Shown: positions 10,542 to 21,045 of the stretch, piece by piece
Layout of the letters: each line of letters begins with the position of its first letter
Numbering within the stretch: the stretch's first letter is position 1
Assembly: GCA_963847625.1 (NCBI GenBank)
Contig: CAWKAR010000060.1
Coordinates: 64,001 to 128,000 of the forward strand
Direction of reading: 5' to 3'
Length of the DNA: 64,000 nucleotides
Origin: a candidate division FCPU426 bacterium
GTDB taxonomy: Bacteria; Oederibacteriota; Muellerivitia; Muellerivitales; Muellerivitaceae
Program-made: the position numbers and the translations under genes
Notes under the pieces: model-generated
The model's database searches: none
Told to the model about the DNA's origin: nothing
The model's input: the letters and a program-made list of their open reading frames with translations, nothing else

Positions 10542-10580
10542 AAAAAGGCTGGTTCTCTCTTGAGGGAACCAGCTTTTTTT
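10542..10580 (+). terminator. Rho-independent terminator, possibly bidirectional
   Basis: AAAAAGGCTGGTTCTCTC-TT-GAGGGAACCAGCTTTTTTT hairpin with T7, just after the stop at 10529. Confidence 0.85.
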
Positions 10581-10758
10581 ATTATGTAACCACCATTGAT
10601 CCCATTCAGTTCCTTGTGAACAAACTCCAATTTTCCTATAATCCAAAGGCTTGAAAATACTGATTTTTTTGGTTGTTTAACTCTGATTAGATTCTTGCCA
10701 CAGTAGATACCCATGGGCAAGCCCGTGGAACTCTAACCGGCGATAATTAGAATTTCAA

Positions 10759-11511
10759 ATGGAGGCAGGTTCCTTGACCGTTTCCGAATCAACCCACCCC
10801 CAACCTCAAAAGCCAACCGCCCGGCCCACCGTCTGGCGCCAAATCGCCGGATTGTTCGTAGACCTTTTATTCAGCGCCTTCATCGGATGGGTAGTTTGTT
10901 TTACCTTCGGCTGGCAGACCTATTGGACCTCCCTGTCCCTCCTTCTTTGGGTCGGCGAGGTTTTTTGGTGCAGGGACCGTTTGAAACCCACGGCGGGGGA
11001 GTACTTCCTGGGAATCCGTTATTTGACCTCCGCTTCAAGCCAGGTGGTTGCCGACATTAAAATCATACACCCGAAATTAAAATTAAACGGTTTTATCCTT
11101 TTTGCAGGGGTATTGGAATTAACCTTATCCATTCTTTTCTTCAGCGGGTGGACCCTCCTGGCAAAATCCGTTATTGGCGGAATCATTATCAGCCCTCCGT
11201 TATCCTTGGTTTATTGGGCGGTTTACGGTTTGGGTTTATTCGCCTGTGGCGCTTCCTTCCTGGGCGGTTCGAAAAACATCTTTTGGGTGGTACCGGTCAT
11301 CCATGGCTGGTTCCTGGCAGATTTTCATTTGAGTTGCCGGGTCTGGGAAGGAATATTGAAGACCGAAATGACGATCACTCCCGGCGCCTCCACCGCCTTA
11401 TGGGAATCCCTTTCCAAAGTCCAGCCTCCCAGTATGCTTGTGACTTTTTTAGTCTGGACCGCATTTCTAGCGCTGGTTATTTTCTTTTCCCGCAAGCTGA
11501 TGGTGAATTAA
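10759..11511 (+). CDS. Integral membrane protein with RDD-like N-terminus
   Basis: About 6 hydrophobic segments; WRQIAGLFVD...TAGEYFLGIR resembles RDD. Confidence 0.6.
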   Translation: MEAGSLTVSESTHPQPQKPTARPTVWRQIAGLFVDLLFSAFIGWVVCFTFGWQTYWTSLSLLLWVGEVFWCRDRLKPTAGEYFLGIRYLTSASSQVVADIKIIHPKLKLNGFILFAGVLELTLSILFFSGWTLLAKSVIGGIIISPPLSLVYWAVYGLGLFACGASFLGGSKNIFWVVPVIHGWFLADFHLSCRVWEGILKTEMTITPGASTALWESLSKVQPPSMLVTFLVWTAFLALVIFFSRKLMVN

Positions 11512-11550
11512 AGGCCCTGCCGCCCCTGTTTCTCGGCGGAAAACCCATGG

Positions 11551-11579
11551 CTGACAGTTGATTCTCTCTTGCGTATAAT
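11551..11579 (+). promoter_or_regulatory. Sigma70-type promoter for leuS
   Basis: CTGACA-17 bp-TATAAT, ending 34 bp before the leuS ATG. Confidence 0.6.
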
Positions 11580-11613
11580 TCCAATTCGTAAATGAAACAT
11601 TCGAAAGGCCCAG

Positions 11614-14124
11614 ATGGAAGCTTATAACTTCGCTGAAATTGAACAAAGATGGAAAAAAACTTGGGAGGAAAAAGGCATTTTTTCCTGTGATCTTTCCAAC
11701 AAAAACAAGAAATATTACACCCTGGTCATGTTTCCTTACCCCTCGGGTGATTATCTGCATGCGGGCCATGGGCGTAACTACATCATCGGGGACGCAGTTT
11801 ACCGATATTTCAGGGCACTGGGTTTCAACACCTTGAACCCCATGGGCTTTGACGCCTTCGGACTACCGGCAGAAAACGCCGCCATCCAAAAAGGAATCCA
11901 CCCCGAGGATTGGACCCTGGGCAACATCGAACGGATGAAAGGCCAATTTTACGATTGGGGAATGGGTTATGACTGGGAAAAAGAGGTGATTTCCTGTCTC
12001 CCCAATTATTACCGTTGGACGCAATGGATCTTCCTGAAACTTTACGAGAAAGGGCTGGCCTATCGAAAAAAAGCCTACGTGAATTGGTGTCCCTCCTGCC
12101 TGACGGTCCTGGCCAACGAGCAAGTAGTGGATCAGAAATGCGAAAGATGTGATTCGCCGGTGGAACAAAAAGACCTTGAACAATGGTTCTTCAAAATCAC
12201 GGATTACGCAGAAAGGCTTTTGAAGGATATCGACCGTCTGGAAGAATGGCCGGAACGGGTAAAAAGCATGCAAAAAAACTGGATCGGCCGAAGCGAGGGG
12301 GCCGAAGTCCGTTTCAAGGTTGAAGGGAAGGATGAGACGATCACCGTCTTCACAACCCGGCCAGACACGCTTTTCGGGGCCACTTACATGGTTTTAGCCC
12401 CGGAACACCCCCTAGTATCTTCCTTGGTAAAAGGAACCGTCAAAGAAAAGGAAGTAAAGGCATTCAGCGATAAGGTTAGAAAGCAAAGTTCGATGGATCG
12501 GATCGGCGAGAACGCCGAGAAAATAGGGTTGGATATCGGCGTAAAAGCCATCAACCCCGTCAACAAAAAATCCATCCCCATCTACATTGCCAATTACGTA
12601 CTCATGGAATACGGAACCGGAGCCATCATGGCTGTCCCGGCTCATGACACACGTGACTTTGAATTCGCAAAAAAATACAACATTCCTATTATCCAAGTCA
12701 TTCAAGACCCGGATGAAGATCTCAAAAAATCCCAGGCAGCCACAAAGGGAAAGATGTATGACCCTTTGGCCCAGGCCTTCACGGGGGACGGTATCCACAT
12801 CAATTCCGGTTTTCTCGATCAATTGAATCTTCAGGATTCCATCATCCAGATGAACAAGTGGCTTGAATCCAACCATTTTGGCAAGAGCGCTGTCACCTAC
12901 CGGCTGAGGGACTGGCTCATCTCCCGCCAAAGGTATTGGGGGGCCCCGATCCCCATGGTTCGATGCGAAAAATGCGGGTGGGTTCCGATTCCGGAGAAAG
13001 ATTTACCGGTAAAATTGCCCCGCGACGTGAAATTCAAACCCACCGGGGAATCGCCCTTGAAAGACGTTCCGGAATTCGTCAAGACGAAATGTCCCAAATG
13101 CGGACAAGAAGCCCGCCGGGAAACCGACACCATGGACACCTTCGTGGACTCCAGCTGGTATTACCTGCGTTATGTGTCGGCCCAAGACAGTAATCAGGCC
13201 TTCGATTCCAAGTTGGCCAACGGTTGGCTGCCGGTAGACCAGTACATCGGGGGAGTAGAGCACGCCATATTGCACCTCCTTTATTCCCGGTTTATCACCA
13301 AAGTCCTGAAGGACCTGGGCTACATCCAATTCGACGAACCATTTAAAAGACTATTCACCCAGGGCATGATCACCAAGGGCGGCGTGAAAATGTCGAAAAG
13401 CAAGGGAAACGCCGTCCAACCCGACCAGTTGATAAATAAATTCGGCTCGGATACCTTCCGGCTTTATACTCTTTTCATCGGTCCCCCCGAAAGGGATGTG
13501 GAATGGGACGACCGCGCGGTGGAAGGGGCCTTTCGGTTCCTAAACCGGGTCTGGAGGCTCTTCCAAGAGTTCCTGGCCCTCCCGGATGCTCTGCGGGAAG
13601 CGCCCCCAGTGGCTGTGACGGAAATGGATGGGGCCGTCCGCCGAAAAATCCACCAAACGATCCAAAAAGTCACCCAGGACATGACTGGAGGTTTCAAGTT
13701 CAACACGGCGGTCTCGGCCATGATGGAATTAGTCAACCTTCTTTACGAATACCGCGACCAGCCCGACGCGAAGACCCCGATTTTGAGGGAAGCTCTCGTG
13801 TCTCTCGTGAGACTGATGGGGCCCTTTACACCTCACATCGCCGAGGAAATGTGGGGCCGTTTAGAAAATGGAAAATATCTATTGGATTCCGGTTGGCCCC
13901 AGTTTGATCCGGCTCTTTTAATTGCCGAAAAGGTCGAAATAGCCGTACAAGTGAATGGAAAATTGAGGGCCCGGTTGACGGTTCCTGTGGGGCTGGATGA
14001 GAAGGCAATTCGGGAAATATCAAAATCCGACGAGAAAATTTCCCGGTTATTCAACCCAGATCAGATTCAGAAAATCATATGGGTCAAGGACAAGTTGGTT
14101 AATTTCATCGTGCGCCAAACCTGA
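11614..14124 (+). CDS. leuS: Leucine--tRNA ligase
   Basis: MFPYPSG, HAGH (HIGH-like), KMSKS, DWLISRQRYWG, C-terminal VQVNGKLR. Confidence 0.98.
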   Translation: MEAYNFAEIEQRWKKTWEEKGIFSCDLSNKNKKYYTLVMFPYPSGDYLHAGHGRNYIIGDAVYRYFRALGFNTLNPMGFDAFGLPAENAAIQKGIHPEDWTLGNIERMKGQFYDWGMGYDWEKEVISCLPNYYRWTQWIFLKLYEKGLAYRKKAYVNWCPSCLTVLANEQVVDQKCERCDSPVEQKDLEQWFFKITDYAERLLKDIDRLEEWPERVKSMQKNWIGRSEGAEVRFKVEGKDETITVFTTRPDTLFGATYMVLAPEHPLVSSLVKGTVKEKEVKAFSDKVRKQSSMDRIGENAEKIGLDIGVKAINPVNKKSIPIYIANYVLMEYGTGAIMAVPAHDTRDFEFAKKYNIPIIQVIQDPDEDLKKSQAATKGKMYDPLAQAFTGDGIHINSGFLDQLNLQDSIIQMNKWLESNHFGKSAVTYRLRDWLISRQRYWGAPIPMVRCEKCGWVPIPEKDLPVKLPRDVKFKPTGESPLKDVPEFVKTKCPKCGQEARRETDTMDTFVDSSWYYLRYVSAQDSNQAFDSKLANGWLPVDQYIGGVEHAILHLLYSRFITKVLKDLGYIQFDEPFKRLFTQGMITKGGVKMSKSKGNAVQPDQLINKFGSDTFRLYTLFIGPPERDVEWDDRAVEGAFRFLNRVWRLFQEFLALPDALREAPPVAVTEMDGAVRRKIHQTIQKVTQDMTGGFKFNTAVSAMMELVNLLYEYRDQPDAKTPILREALVSLVRLMGPFTPHIAEEMWGRLENGKYLLDSGWPQFDPALLIAEKVEIAVQVNGKLRARLTVPVGLDEKAIREISKSDEKISRLFNPDQIQKIIWVKDKLVNFIVRQT

Positions 14125-14155
14125 ACTCTCGGCTATTTAAGATGAAGAGGTTAAA

Positions 14156-14686
14156 TTGGTTAAAACAAATATTCTTTTGCAAAAGCTTTTGCCCATTGCC
14201 CTGACATTCTTTTGTTTGTCGCCAATTATGGGATGCAGGCCGGCTGTTTTGATCGTGCCTTCCTACATCAAAACAGTGGGAGTGGACCCGGTTGATAATC
14301 GTACGAGCGAGTATGGGTTGGATACGGATTTAACTGCGTCACTCATCCGTAATTTTCAATATGACGGGCGACTGGGAATCGAGAATCCAGATAAAGCCGA
14401 CCTCCGGGTGAAGGTCACCATCCGCCAATATATAGAACAACCTATCTATTTCGACCCCAAAACTAATGTGGTACTCCAGTACCAAATCTCGGTGATTTAC
14501 GATTTGGCGGCGCTCGACACACAAGAAAATAAAACCTTTATGGAAGACGCTCAAAAAAACCATAGCATCATTTATTACACCCCCAACTACGCTGGGGCTG
14601 TTCCCGAAACCAAACCCCAGGCCGTCGCGCGCCTGGAGGATGAGTTGGCAAGATTGATAGTCCGTAGAGTTTTAGAGGGTTATTAA
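14156..14686 (+). CDS. lptE: LptE-like LPS assembly lipoprotein
   Basis: Lipobox-like IMGC; size and position between leuS and holA. Confidence 0.75.
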   Translation: MVKTNILLQKLLPIALTFFCLSPIMGCRPAVLIVPSYIKTVGVDPVDNRTSEYGLDTDLTASLIRNFQYDGRLGIENPDKADLRVKVTIRQYIEQPIYFDPKTNVVLQYQISVIYDLAALDTQENKTFMEDAQKNHSIIYYTPNYAGAVPETKPQAVARLEDELARLIVRRVLEGY

Positions 14687-14727
14687 CTCCTCACTCATTA
14701 AAAATTCGGTACTTAAAAGGTTAAAAA

Positions 14728-15438
14728 ATGAATAAAAAAATATTTGGATGGATTGTCCTTTTTCTTCTAATGGCCGTACCAATTTCCCCAGTTTCAGGGG
14801 ACCTGGAATGGATCACCGGCGGGACCCCAAAAAACACCTCCGACAAACCGGGAGGAGCGGTTATTCAAGACGCCCCAGGGGTGGAAAATCACCCAACTCC
14901 CGCTAGTAATCAAAACGTCATTCTCAGCCACCTCATCACCTGCACGGCCATCAACAATCACTATCCTTCCGATAGTGTGAATTACTTTTTCCTCAATAAA
15001 AACCACCAGATTTGTTTTTACGCATATTTCCTCATGAAGCCCTCCAGCCGGATACACTCCGCCACAGCCGAATGCTTTTCGCCCAACAACCTATTGATTG
15101 CCCGTTACGAACGGGAATATCAGGTGGGGTTTACCGACCAACTTTTGACAATTCAAAACGAAACCTACCAGTTTTTTATTTTGGAGATGAGCCTGGGCAT
15201 GGAAAAAATGCGGAGTGAATACGGCCAAACTGGCTTGCCACGGGATACTGGCCTTTATACGATCCACTTAAGCGTGGATGGGGAACTGGTTGGAATAACC
15301 TTTTTCTACGTACGGCCCGAGGAATGGAAAACAACACCTGTTCCGACTGTCGCGCCTGTTTCGCCCAAATCCGGCGAAAATCTCCTCCCTATGAGTACGC
15401 CATTCTCCAATATTCCCATACCAAAAGGCATTCAATGA
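14728..15438 (+). CDS. Secreted hypothetical protein
   Basis: Signal peptide, beta-rich core (GLYTIHLSVDG), Pro/Thr-rich tail. Confidence 0.65.
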   Translation: MNKKIFGWIVLFLLMAVPISPVSGDLEWITGGTPKNTSDKPGGAVIQDAPGVENHPTPASNQNVILSHLITCTAINNHYPSDSVNYFFLNKNHQICFYAYFLMKPSSRIHSATAECFSPNNLLIARYEREYQVGFTDQLLTIQNETYQFFILEMSLGMEKMRSEYGQTGLPRDTGLYTIHLSVDGELVGITFFYVRPEEWKTTPVPTVAPVSPKSGENLLPMSTPFSNIPIPKGIQ

Positions 15439-15539
15439 TTCCTGGCTTTTGTTTTAAACGGTCCTTTTTGGAAAGAAAAACCAAATAAAAAAAACCCGAG
15501 GTTGTCACGGTTGGGTTTCTAATTTTCCTGGAGTTTTAC

Positions 15540-16589
15540 TTGTATTTCGATGAATTTACGAAAAGGTTGAAAAAAGATCCCCTACCCAATCTTCTCTTTT
15601 TTTATGGAGATTCGGGCGGAGTTATCTCCGAGGGATACCGTGCCGTCAAAAATAAATTCTTCGCTGCCAACCCGGACGGCGCGATTGAGAATTTCGACGC
15701 GGATGAATGCGGTCTTTCTCAAATTCTTTCTGCCGCTCAAACCTCTTCTCTTTTCGCCCGACTTCAACTGCTGATCGTAAAAAACGCTGAAAATATTTTC
15801 AGCGGCAAGTCCGATGAGTCTGTTCAACAATTATCTGAATATTGCAAAAATCCAAATTCTTCGTCGCATTTGATTTTCTTGGCTGCGGGGATGAGGAAAA
15901 CCGCCAAAGTTATAATCTTGGCGGAAAAAAACGGGTGGGCGGTTCAATGTTCTGATATCCCCGAATGGAAAATAACAGCTTGGCTTCAAGAACAATGTCG
16001 GTCAAAGGGAATTACATTAAATGAGGAGGGTTCCCGGGAACTAGTTTCAAAAATCGGCATGGACATTTCCTTTCTTCAACGGGCATTGGAGAACCTCTCT
16101 ATTTATCTTTACCCCGGAAAAACCGCCACCCTGGATGACGTCCGTAACTTCCCAGAGCCGGGAATCGGCTCTGGGATTTTCATTTTTCTCGACGCTGTCG
16201 GAACACGAAATGTTAAAAACACTTTGAAACTATTGCATCTCATGCGCAATGAGAATGATGGAGGCATCCTTTCGATGCTCTACGGCAGGATGCGGGAACT
16301 GCTCCAAATATCCATCGGAAGATCGAAAGGATTGGATCAAACTACCCTAGCCCATCAATTGGGCCTTCACCCCTTTCGTCTAAAGAATCTTTGGATTCAA
16401 AGTGAAAGATTTTCTACCGAAGAATTGAAACGAGCCCTGAAAAAATTGATTCAACTTCAATCGGGAGCCATTTCCGGGCGGTTGGGAAAAGAAGTCGTAC
16501 TTATATCGCTTGAAAATTGGATTTTAAGCTTGGATCGAAAAAACAAGCAAACATCGCCTGATTCAAGGGAAAAAGTAGCGGCCCGCTAA
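15540..16589 (+). CDS. holA: DNA polymerase III subunit delta
   Basis: LLFFYG, SLF..QLLIVKN, IFIFLDA, LGLHPFR; conserved leuS-lptE-holA-rpsT synteny; GGAG before TTG. Confidence 0.88.
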   Translation: MYFDEFTKRLKKDPLPNLLFFYGDSGGVISEGYRAVKNKFFAANPDGAIENFDADECGLSQILSAAQTSSLFARLQLLIVKNAENIFSGKSDESVQQLSEYCKNPNSSSHLIFLAAGMRKTAKVIILAEKNGWAVQCSDIPEWKITAWLQEQCRSKGITLNEEGSRELVSKIGMDISFLQRALENLSIYLYPGKTATLDDVRNFPEPGIGSGIFIFLDAVGTRNVKNTLKLLHLMRNENDGGILSMLYGRMRELLQISIGRSKGLDQTTLAHQLGLHPFRLKNLWIQSERFSTEELKRALKKLIQLQSGAISGRLGKEVVLISLENWILSLDRKNKQTSPDSREKVAAR

Positions 16590-16599
16590 ACCTTTGGGT

Positions 16600-16863
16600 T
16601 TAAGCTTTTTTGAACTTTTTATGGACAATGGTGGAAAGGCGAGAGATGTGCCGTGACGCGTTGTTGCGCTTGATGACGTCCTTGGCGCAGGCTTGGTCCA
16701 ACACCTTCATGGCAAGGATCAGGTTTTTCTTGGCTTCTTCCTCGGTCTGGGCAGTGCGGACGGTTTTAATGATGGTTCGGATCTTGTTTTTCAACGCGGA
16801 ATTGCGGGCTGTCCTTGTTTTGGTACGGCGTATATCCTTCATGGATGACTTAATAATCGGCAT
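16600..16863 (-). CDS. rpsT: 30S ribosomal protein S20
   Basis: MPIIKSSMKDIRR..RN...IKRNNASRHISRL. Confidence 0.95.
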   Translation of the reverse strand: MPIIKSSMKDIRRTKTRTARNSALKNKIRTIIKTVRTAQTEEEAKKNLILAMKVLDQACAKDVIKRNNASRHISRLSTIVHKKFKKA

Positions 16864-16935
16864 GAATCCTCCAAATAGGGCGTCAGGATGCGAAACGGAG
16901 GCATATGGTAAACAATGTGTCGGGAGCTGTCAATA

Positions 16936-18567
16936 ATGCTTAAACTCTTGAACCCAACCAAAAACCTTAAAAAAGAATCTACCCACTTGGGCGGCCATTT
17001 CCGACTGGTTACATTCGCCACCTCGGTCAGCCGGGTGACCGGTTTCGTTCGGGACCAACTGAACGCGGCCCTTTTTGGGGCAAGCTGGGTATCGGATGCC
17101 TATTTCATGGCCATTCGTATTCCGAGCCTCCTAAGGGATCTTTTCGCGGAGGGCTCCCTCTCCAACGCTTTTATACCGGCTTTTACTTCCCGTTTGAGCG
17201 ATCGGAAAGACGCATGGAAATTGGCGTCCCAGGTTTTCACCCTTCTCTTGATGGTGACGGGCCTGCTATCGGCTCTCGGAATCCTGTTTGCTCCACAGAT
17301 CGTTTGGGTCATCGCCCATGGATTTATTCCGACCCAAGATAAATTTTCTTTGACCATCGAACTGACCCGGATTCTTTTTCCGGTTTTAGCCTTCGTATCC
17401 CTGGCGGCCCTTTGGATGGGAACGCTCAACTCCTTATACAAATTCACTTGGCCCGCCTTCGCTCCGGTTTTCATGAATCTCGTCCAGATTATTGCGGGCG
17501 TGCTGTTACTGAAGGTTTATAAGGCGGAAACTCCGCTGGAAGAAATCCGGAACGTCCAGCTATGGACTCTTTCTATGACCCTGGGGATGCTTCTTCAATG
17601 GCTGGTTCAGCTACCGGCCGCCCGGAAGGAAGGCTCCCAGTTTCGCCTGGCCTGGCCCCCCAACCATCCGGGAGTAGGAGAGATGCTCAGGCTGATGGGC
17701 CCGGCCGTGGTGAGTTCCTCGGTACTGCAGGTGAACATCCTGGTGAACCAGTTTTTCGCCTCCTTCCTCGTCACCGGTTATGTCAGCTATCTCTACTACG
17801 GCCAGCGTCTGTACCAGCTTCCTTACGGAATCTTCGGGGTTTCCATCGCCACCGTGGTTTTTCCCCTCCTGTCTCGTCTTTCCAGTGACGGAAAAAACGG
17901 GGAATTCGCCGAAACCCTTTCCAAAGCCCTGTCGGCGGGATTGTTCGTGATGGTGCCCTGCACGGTGGGCATCTGGATTACAGCGAAGGCCGCCTGCTTG
18001 CTGGCCTTCCAGTATGGGCGGTTCACGATGGAAGCAAGTCAGGCCGCCGCGGAAGCCACCGCTATTTACTCCCTCGGGTTGGTGGGAAGCACTGGCGTCA
18101 AGATTCTCCTGCCCGCTTTCTACGCCCGGGGAAATTCCAAAATTCCTCTTTTTTCCTCTCTTTGCGCCATGATAACCAATGCGGGTTTGAATTTCGCCGG
18201 TTTCTTGTTCATTGCGGATTCTCATATGCGTTTTTGGGGATTGGCATTGGCCTCAGGCGTGGGAGCTATGGTGAACCTCGTTTGGCTTTTGTCGAGCCTC
18301 GGAAAAATCGGGGTCCAACTCCATTGGGGCTTTTTAACCAAGGAAGCATTCAAAACCATTGTTGCATCAATTGTGATGGGTTTCCTGGTTTGGATTCTTT
18401 TGATCAAAGTACAATCCTTCAATTTGCCCTGGGCACGTCTCTGGAATTTTACAATTCCAGTACTATTCGGAATAGCAATTTACTATTTTCTGACCAAGGC
18501 TATGCGTCACAAAGGTTTAGTTTGGATTTTAGGATCTCGAAGTGAAAATAAAACACAACCTGAATAA
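16936..18567 (+). CDS. murJ: Lipid II flippase MurJ
   Basis: SRVTGFVRD, DAY..A.RIP...FAEG, RLYQLPYG, AFYARG; divergent from rpsT. Start chosen from GGAG at 16923. Confidence 0.95.
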   Translation: MLKLLNPTKNLKKESTHLGGHFRLVTFATSVSRVTGFVRDQLNAALFGASWVSDAYFMAIRIPSLLRDLFAEGSLSNAFIPAFTSRLSDRKDAWKLASQVFTLLLMVTGLLSALGILFAPQIVWVIAHGFIPTQDKFSLTIELTRILFPVLAFVSLAALWMGTLNSLYKFTWPAFAPVFMNLVQIIAGVLLLKVYKAETPLEEIRNVQLWTLSMTLGMLLQWLVQLPAARKEGSQFRLAWPPNHPGVGEMLRLMGPAVVSSSVLQVNILVNQFFASFLVTGYVSYLYYGQRLYQLPYGIFGVSIATVVFPLLSRLSSDGKNGEFAETLSKALSAGLFVMVPCTVGIWITAKAACLLAFQYGRFTMEASQAAAEATAIYSLGLVGSTGVKILLPAFYARGNSKIPLFSSLCAMITNAGLNFAGFLFIADSHMRFWGLALASGVGAMVNLVWLLSSLGKIGVQLHWGFLTKEAFKTIVASIVMGFLVWILLIKVQSFNLPWARLWNFTIPVLFGIAIYYFLTKAMRHKGLVWILGSRSENKTQPE

Positions 18568-19129
18568 AAACAACCCCGGCATCCAATGGGGTTGTTTTCA
18601 CACGAGATTCGGCTGGTGCGCCTCAGCTTGGTCCCCAATGGGCTTGGCGGCTTTTGTTCTTCCTAAAAAATCAAGAAAAAGCGCACTCGTCGAGTTGAAA
18701 AAAATCAACCCTCTTGCCAGATTGAAAAAATTGGAAAAGAAACCATCGAAAATATCCCCTACCTTTCAGCGGCAAACTTTGGCGGCTTTGAATGGAAAAC
18801 TCTTTCATCCCATAAACACGGACACGCGGTTGTTGACCCCTTTCCAGAGAAAAATTCTGGAAGCGACGCGTCTGGTCAAAAGAGGTCAAACTCGATCTTA
18901 TGCTTGGGCCGCAAAAAGGGCAGGTTCCCCCAAGGGTTGCAGGGCCGCTGGACAAGCTCTCCATTACAATCCAATCCCTTTATTCATTCCTTGCCATCGG
19001 ATTGTGAGCTCAAACGGGAATCTTGGGGGTTTTGGAAGCGGTATTCAGTGGAAAATTAAACTGTTGAAGAAAGAAGGAGTCCCTATTGAGTCCTCCCGGG
19101 AAGATAGTTACAGGGTCGGAAAGGTCTGA
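18542..19129 (+). CDS. ogt: Methylated-DNA--protein-cysteine methyltransferase
   Basis: TPFQ, RAAG.A..NP, active-site PCHR, GGF..G..WK..LL..EG. Confidence 0.92.
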   Translation: MKIKHNLNKNNPGIQWGCFHTRFGWCASAWSPMGLAAFVLPKKSRKSALVELKKINPLARLKKLEKKPSKISPTFQRQTLAALNGKLFHPINTDTRLLTPFQRKILEATRLVKRGQTRSYAWAAKRAGSPKGCRAAGQALHYNPIPLFIPCHRIVSSNGNLGGFGSGIQWKIKLLKKEGVPIESSREDSYRVGKV

Positions 19130-19229
19130 TAAAATATTGCAGTTATTTCATAAACGCGAGTATAAACAGCTTAATTGAAACTTCTTTCTAGAACTGACCT
19201 TTTGGACCGCTATCGCTTAAGAGGGACGG

Positions 19230-21038
19230 ATGCTCCAAGGCAATATTGATAAATATAAGCTCCTGGAAATTAAAGGAAGCGGCACCTTCGGCACCGTCTG
19301 GCTTGCGGAAGATACATGGATTGGGAAAAAAGTCGCTATAAAAATCCCCCACAATCAAAAAGAAGAATTCACCACCCTCATCGCCGAACCTAAACTACTC
19401 GCCTCGTTGGATCATCCCAATATCGTCCAAATCTTAACCGTGGATAAAGCGGAAAATATATTTTTCATGGTTATGGAATATGTGGATGGGAAAAACCTGG
19501 CCCAACTTCTCCAAGAAACATCCCTGACTTACAAAGAAGGCGTCGACATTATTATCCAGATTTTATCCGCATTGCAGTATGCCCATGATAAAAACGTCAT
19601 TCATCGAGATCTGAAACCGGGGAACATACTTCTAACGTCAGATCGGAAAGCGAAAATCACGGATTTTGGAACTGCTATGATTCAGGCGGGCAAAAATGGC
19701 GTGGGTAGTATTGGGGGCACCCTCTTTTATATGTCCAAGGAACAAGTATTGGGGCATCCCACACCCGCTTCGGATCTCTACTCGGTAGGGGTAATTCTAT
19801 ATGAGATGGTCACAGGGAAACTCCCATTTTCAGATGAAGTCCCAATGGCGGTTTTAAATAAAATTTTAAAGGATGATCCACCCATACCCCATCAATTGAA
19901 TCCGGCGCTTCCCAGGGAATTGGAAGCGGTCATTTTAAAAGCCATGCAAAAGGAGTTATCAAAACGATATCAGTCCGCCAGTGAAATGAAGAATGATTTG
20001 GAGAAAATTCCAATTTCTTTACTTTCTTCACCCATTTCAGTGGGAAGCAAAAGTCAGGAATTATTGACCCATACCTTGATACAAGAAGCCCAAAAAAAGC
20101 AAATCAAAGAAGCAGGGGATATTAATACACTTAGGTACCAGGGATATCATTACAAGTTGATCCGAACAATCGGAAGCCGCGGTAAAGAAGAAGGAAATTT
20201 CATATCACCCGGTTCCGTCGCAGTCGATGCGCAAAAACGCATTTATGTTTGCGATTCATTAAAATGTAACATCCAGGTTTTTGATTTTGAAGGAAAATTT
20301 CTCTATTCGGTCGGTAAATTTGGAAAAGATACAGGTGATCCACGGGAAGTTTGTTTTCTCATGCCGGTTTCCGTTGTTGTTGACCAGGGAGGAAATCTCG
20401 TTGTCTTGGATTCAAAAACATGCTCGGTTCAGATCATAGGAAAATCCGGGGAATTAATCGCAAAATTCGGTGAACCCGCCTCTCCAACGACAGGAAAAAT
20501 AGAAATCGGGGCAGGCGGATTCTTCCATCCCCAAGCCCTGGCTTTAGATGATAAGGACAATATTTATGTTTCAGATACGGGGAATCATCGGATTCGCGTT
20601 TTTAACCCGGCTGGAAAAGTTTTAAATAAATTCGGGATTCAGGGAGCCAGATTGGGCGAATTTAACAGTCCTGCTGGAATTACGTTGGACAATGCCTCGA
20701 ATCTTTTAGTGGTGGATGAAAAAAATTACCGGGTTCAAATTTTCACTTATCGTGGCGTTTTTAAGAATAAATTCGGAAAAAGAGGAAGCGGTCGGGGAGA
20801 ATTTTCCTCTCCAATAGGTGTTGCAACAGATTCAAAAAGAAACATTTTTATTTCAGACAGGGACTTGAGGATACAAATATTTGATCCCGAGGGATATTAT
20901 TTAACGGAATTCGGCACGCCCCAAGGCAATTATAAAATTGCTCCAAAATACTATGGCCTTGTCATTGATTCTGAGAATAACCTTTATGTAACTGATGTCG
21001 CCAATTGCAGCGTTTTGATCTACGCCTTAAAGAAATGA
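19230..21038 (+). CDS. Hanks-type Ser/Thr kinase with C-terminal NHL beta-propeller
   Basis: GSGTFG, VAIK, HRDLKPGN, DFG, SDLYS; about 6 NHL repeats (F..P.G.A.D...IYV.D..N.RIQVF). Confidence 0.93.
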   Translation: MLQGNIDKYKLLEIKGSGTFGTVWLAEDTWIGKKVAIKIPHNQKEEFTTLIAEPKLLASLDHPNIVQILTVDKAENIFFMVMEYVDGKNLAQLLQETSLTYKEGVDIIIQILSALQYAHDKNVIHRDLKPGNILLTSDRKAKITDFGTAMIQAGKNGVGSIGGTLFYMSKEQVLGHPTPASDLYSVGVILYEMVTGKLPFSDEVPMAVLNKILKDDPPIPHQLNPALPRELEAVILKAMQKELSKRYQSASEMKNDLEKIPISLLSSPISVGSKSQELLTHTLIQEAQKKQIKEAGDINTLRYQGYHYKLIRTIGSRGKEEGNFISPGSVAVDAQKRIYVCDSLKCNIQVFDFEGKFLYSVGKFGKDTGDPREVCFLMPVSVVVDQGGNLVVLDSKTCSVQIIGKSGELIAKFGEPASPTTGKIEIGAGGFFHPQALALDDKDNIYVSDTGNHRIRVFNPAGKVLNKFGIQGARLGEFNSPAGITLDNASNLLVVDEKNYRVQIFTYRGVFKNKFGKRGSGRGEFSSPIGVATDSKRNIFISDRDLRIQIFDPEGYYLTEFGTPQGNYKIAPKYYGLVIDSENNLYVTDVANCSVLIYALKK

Positions 21039-21045
21039 GTTATTC

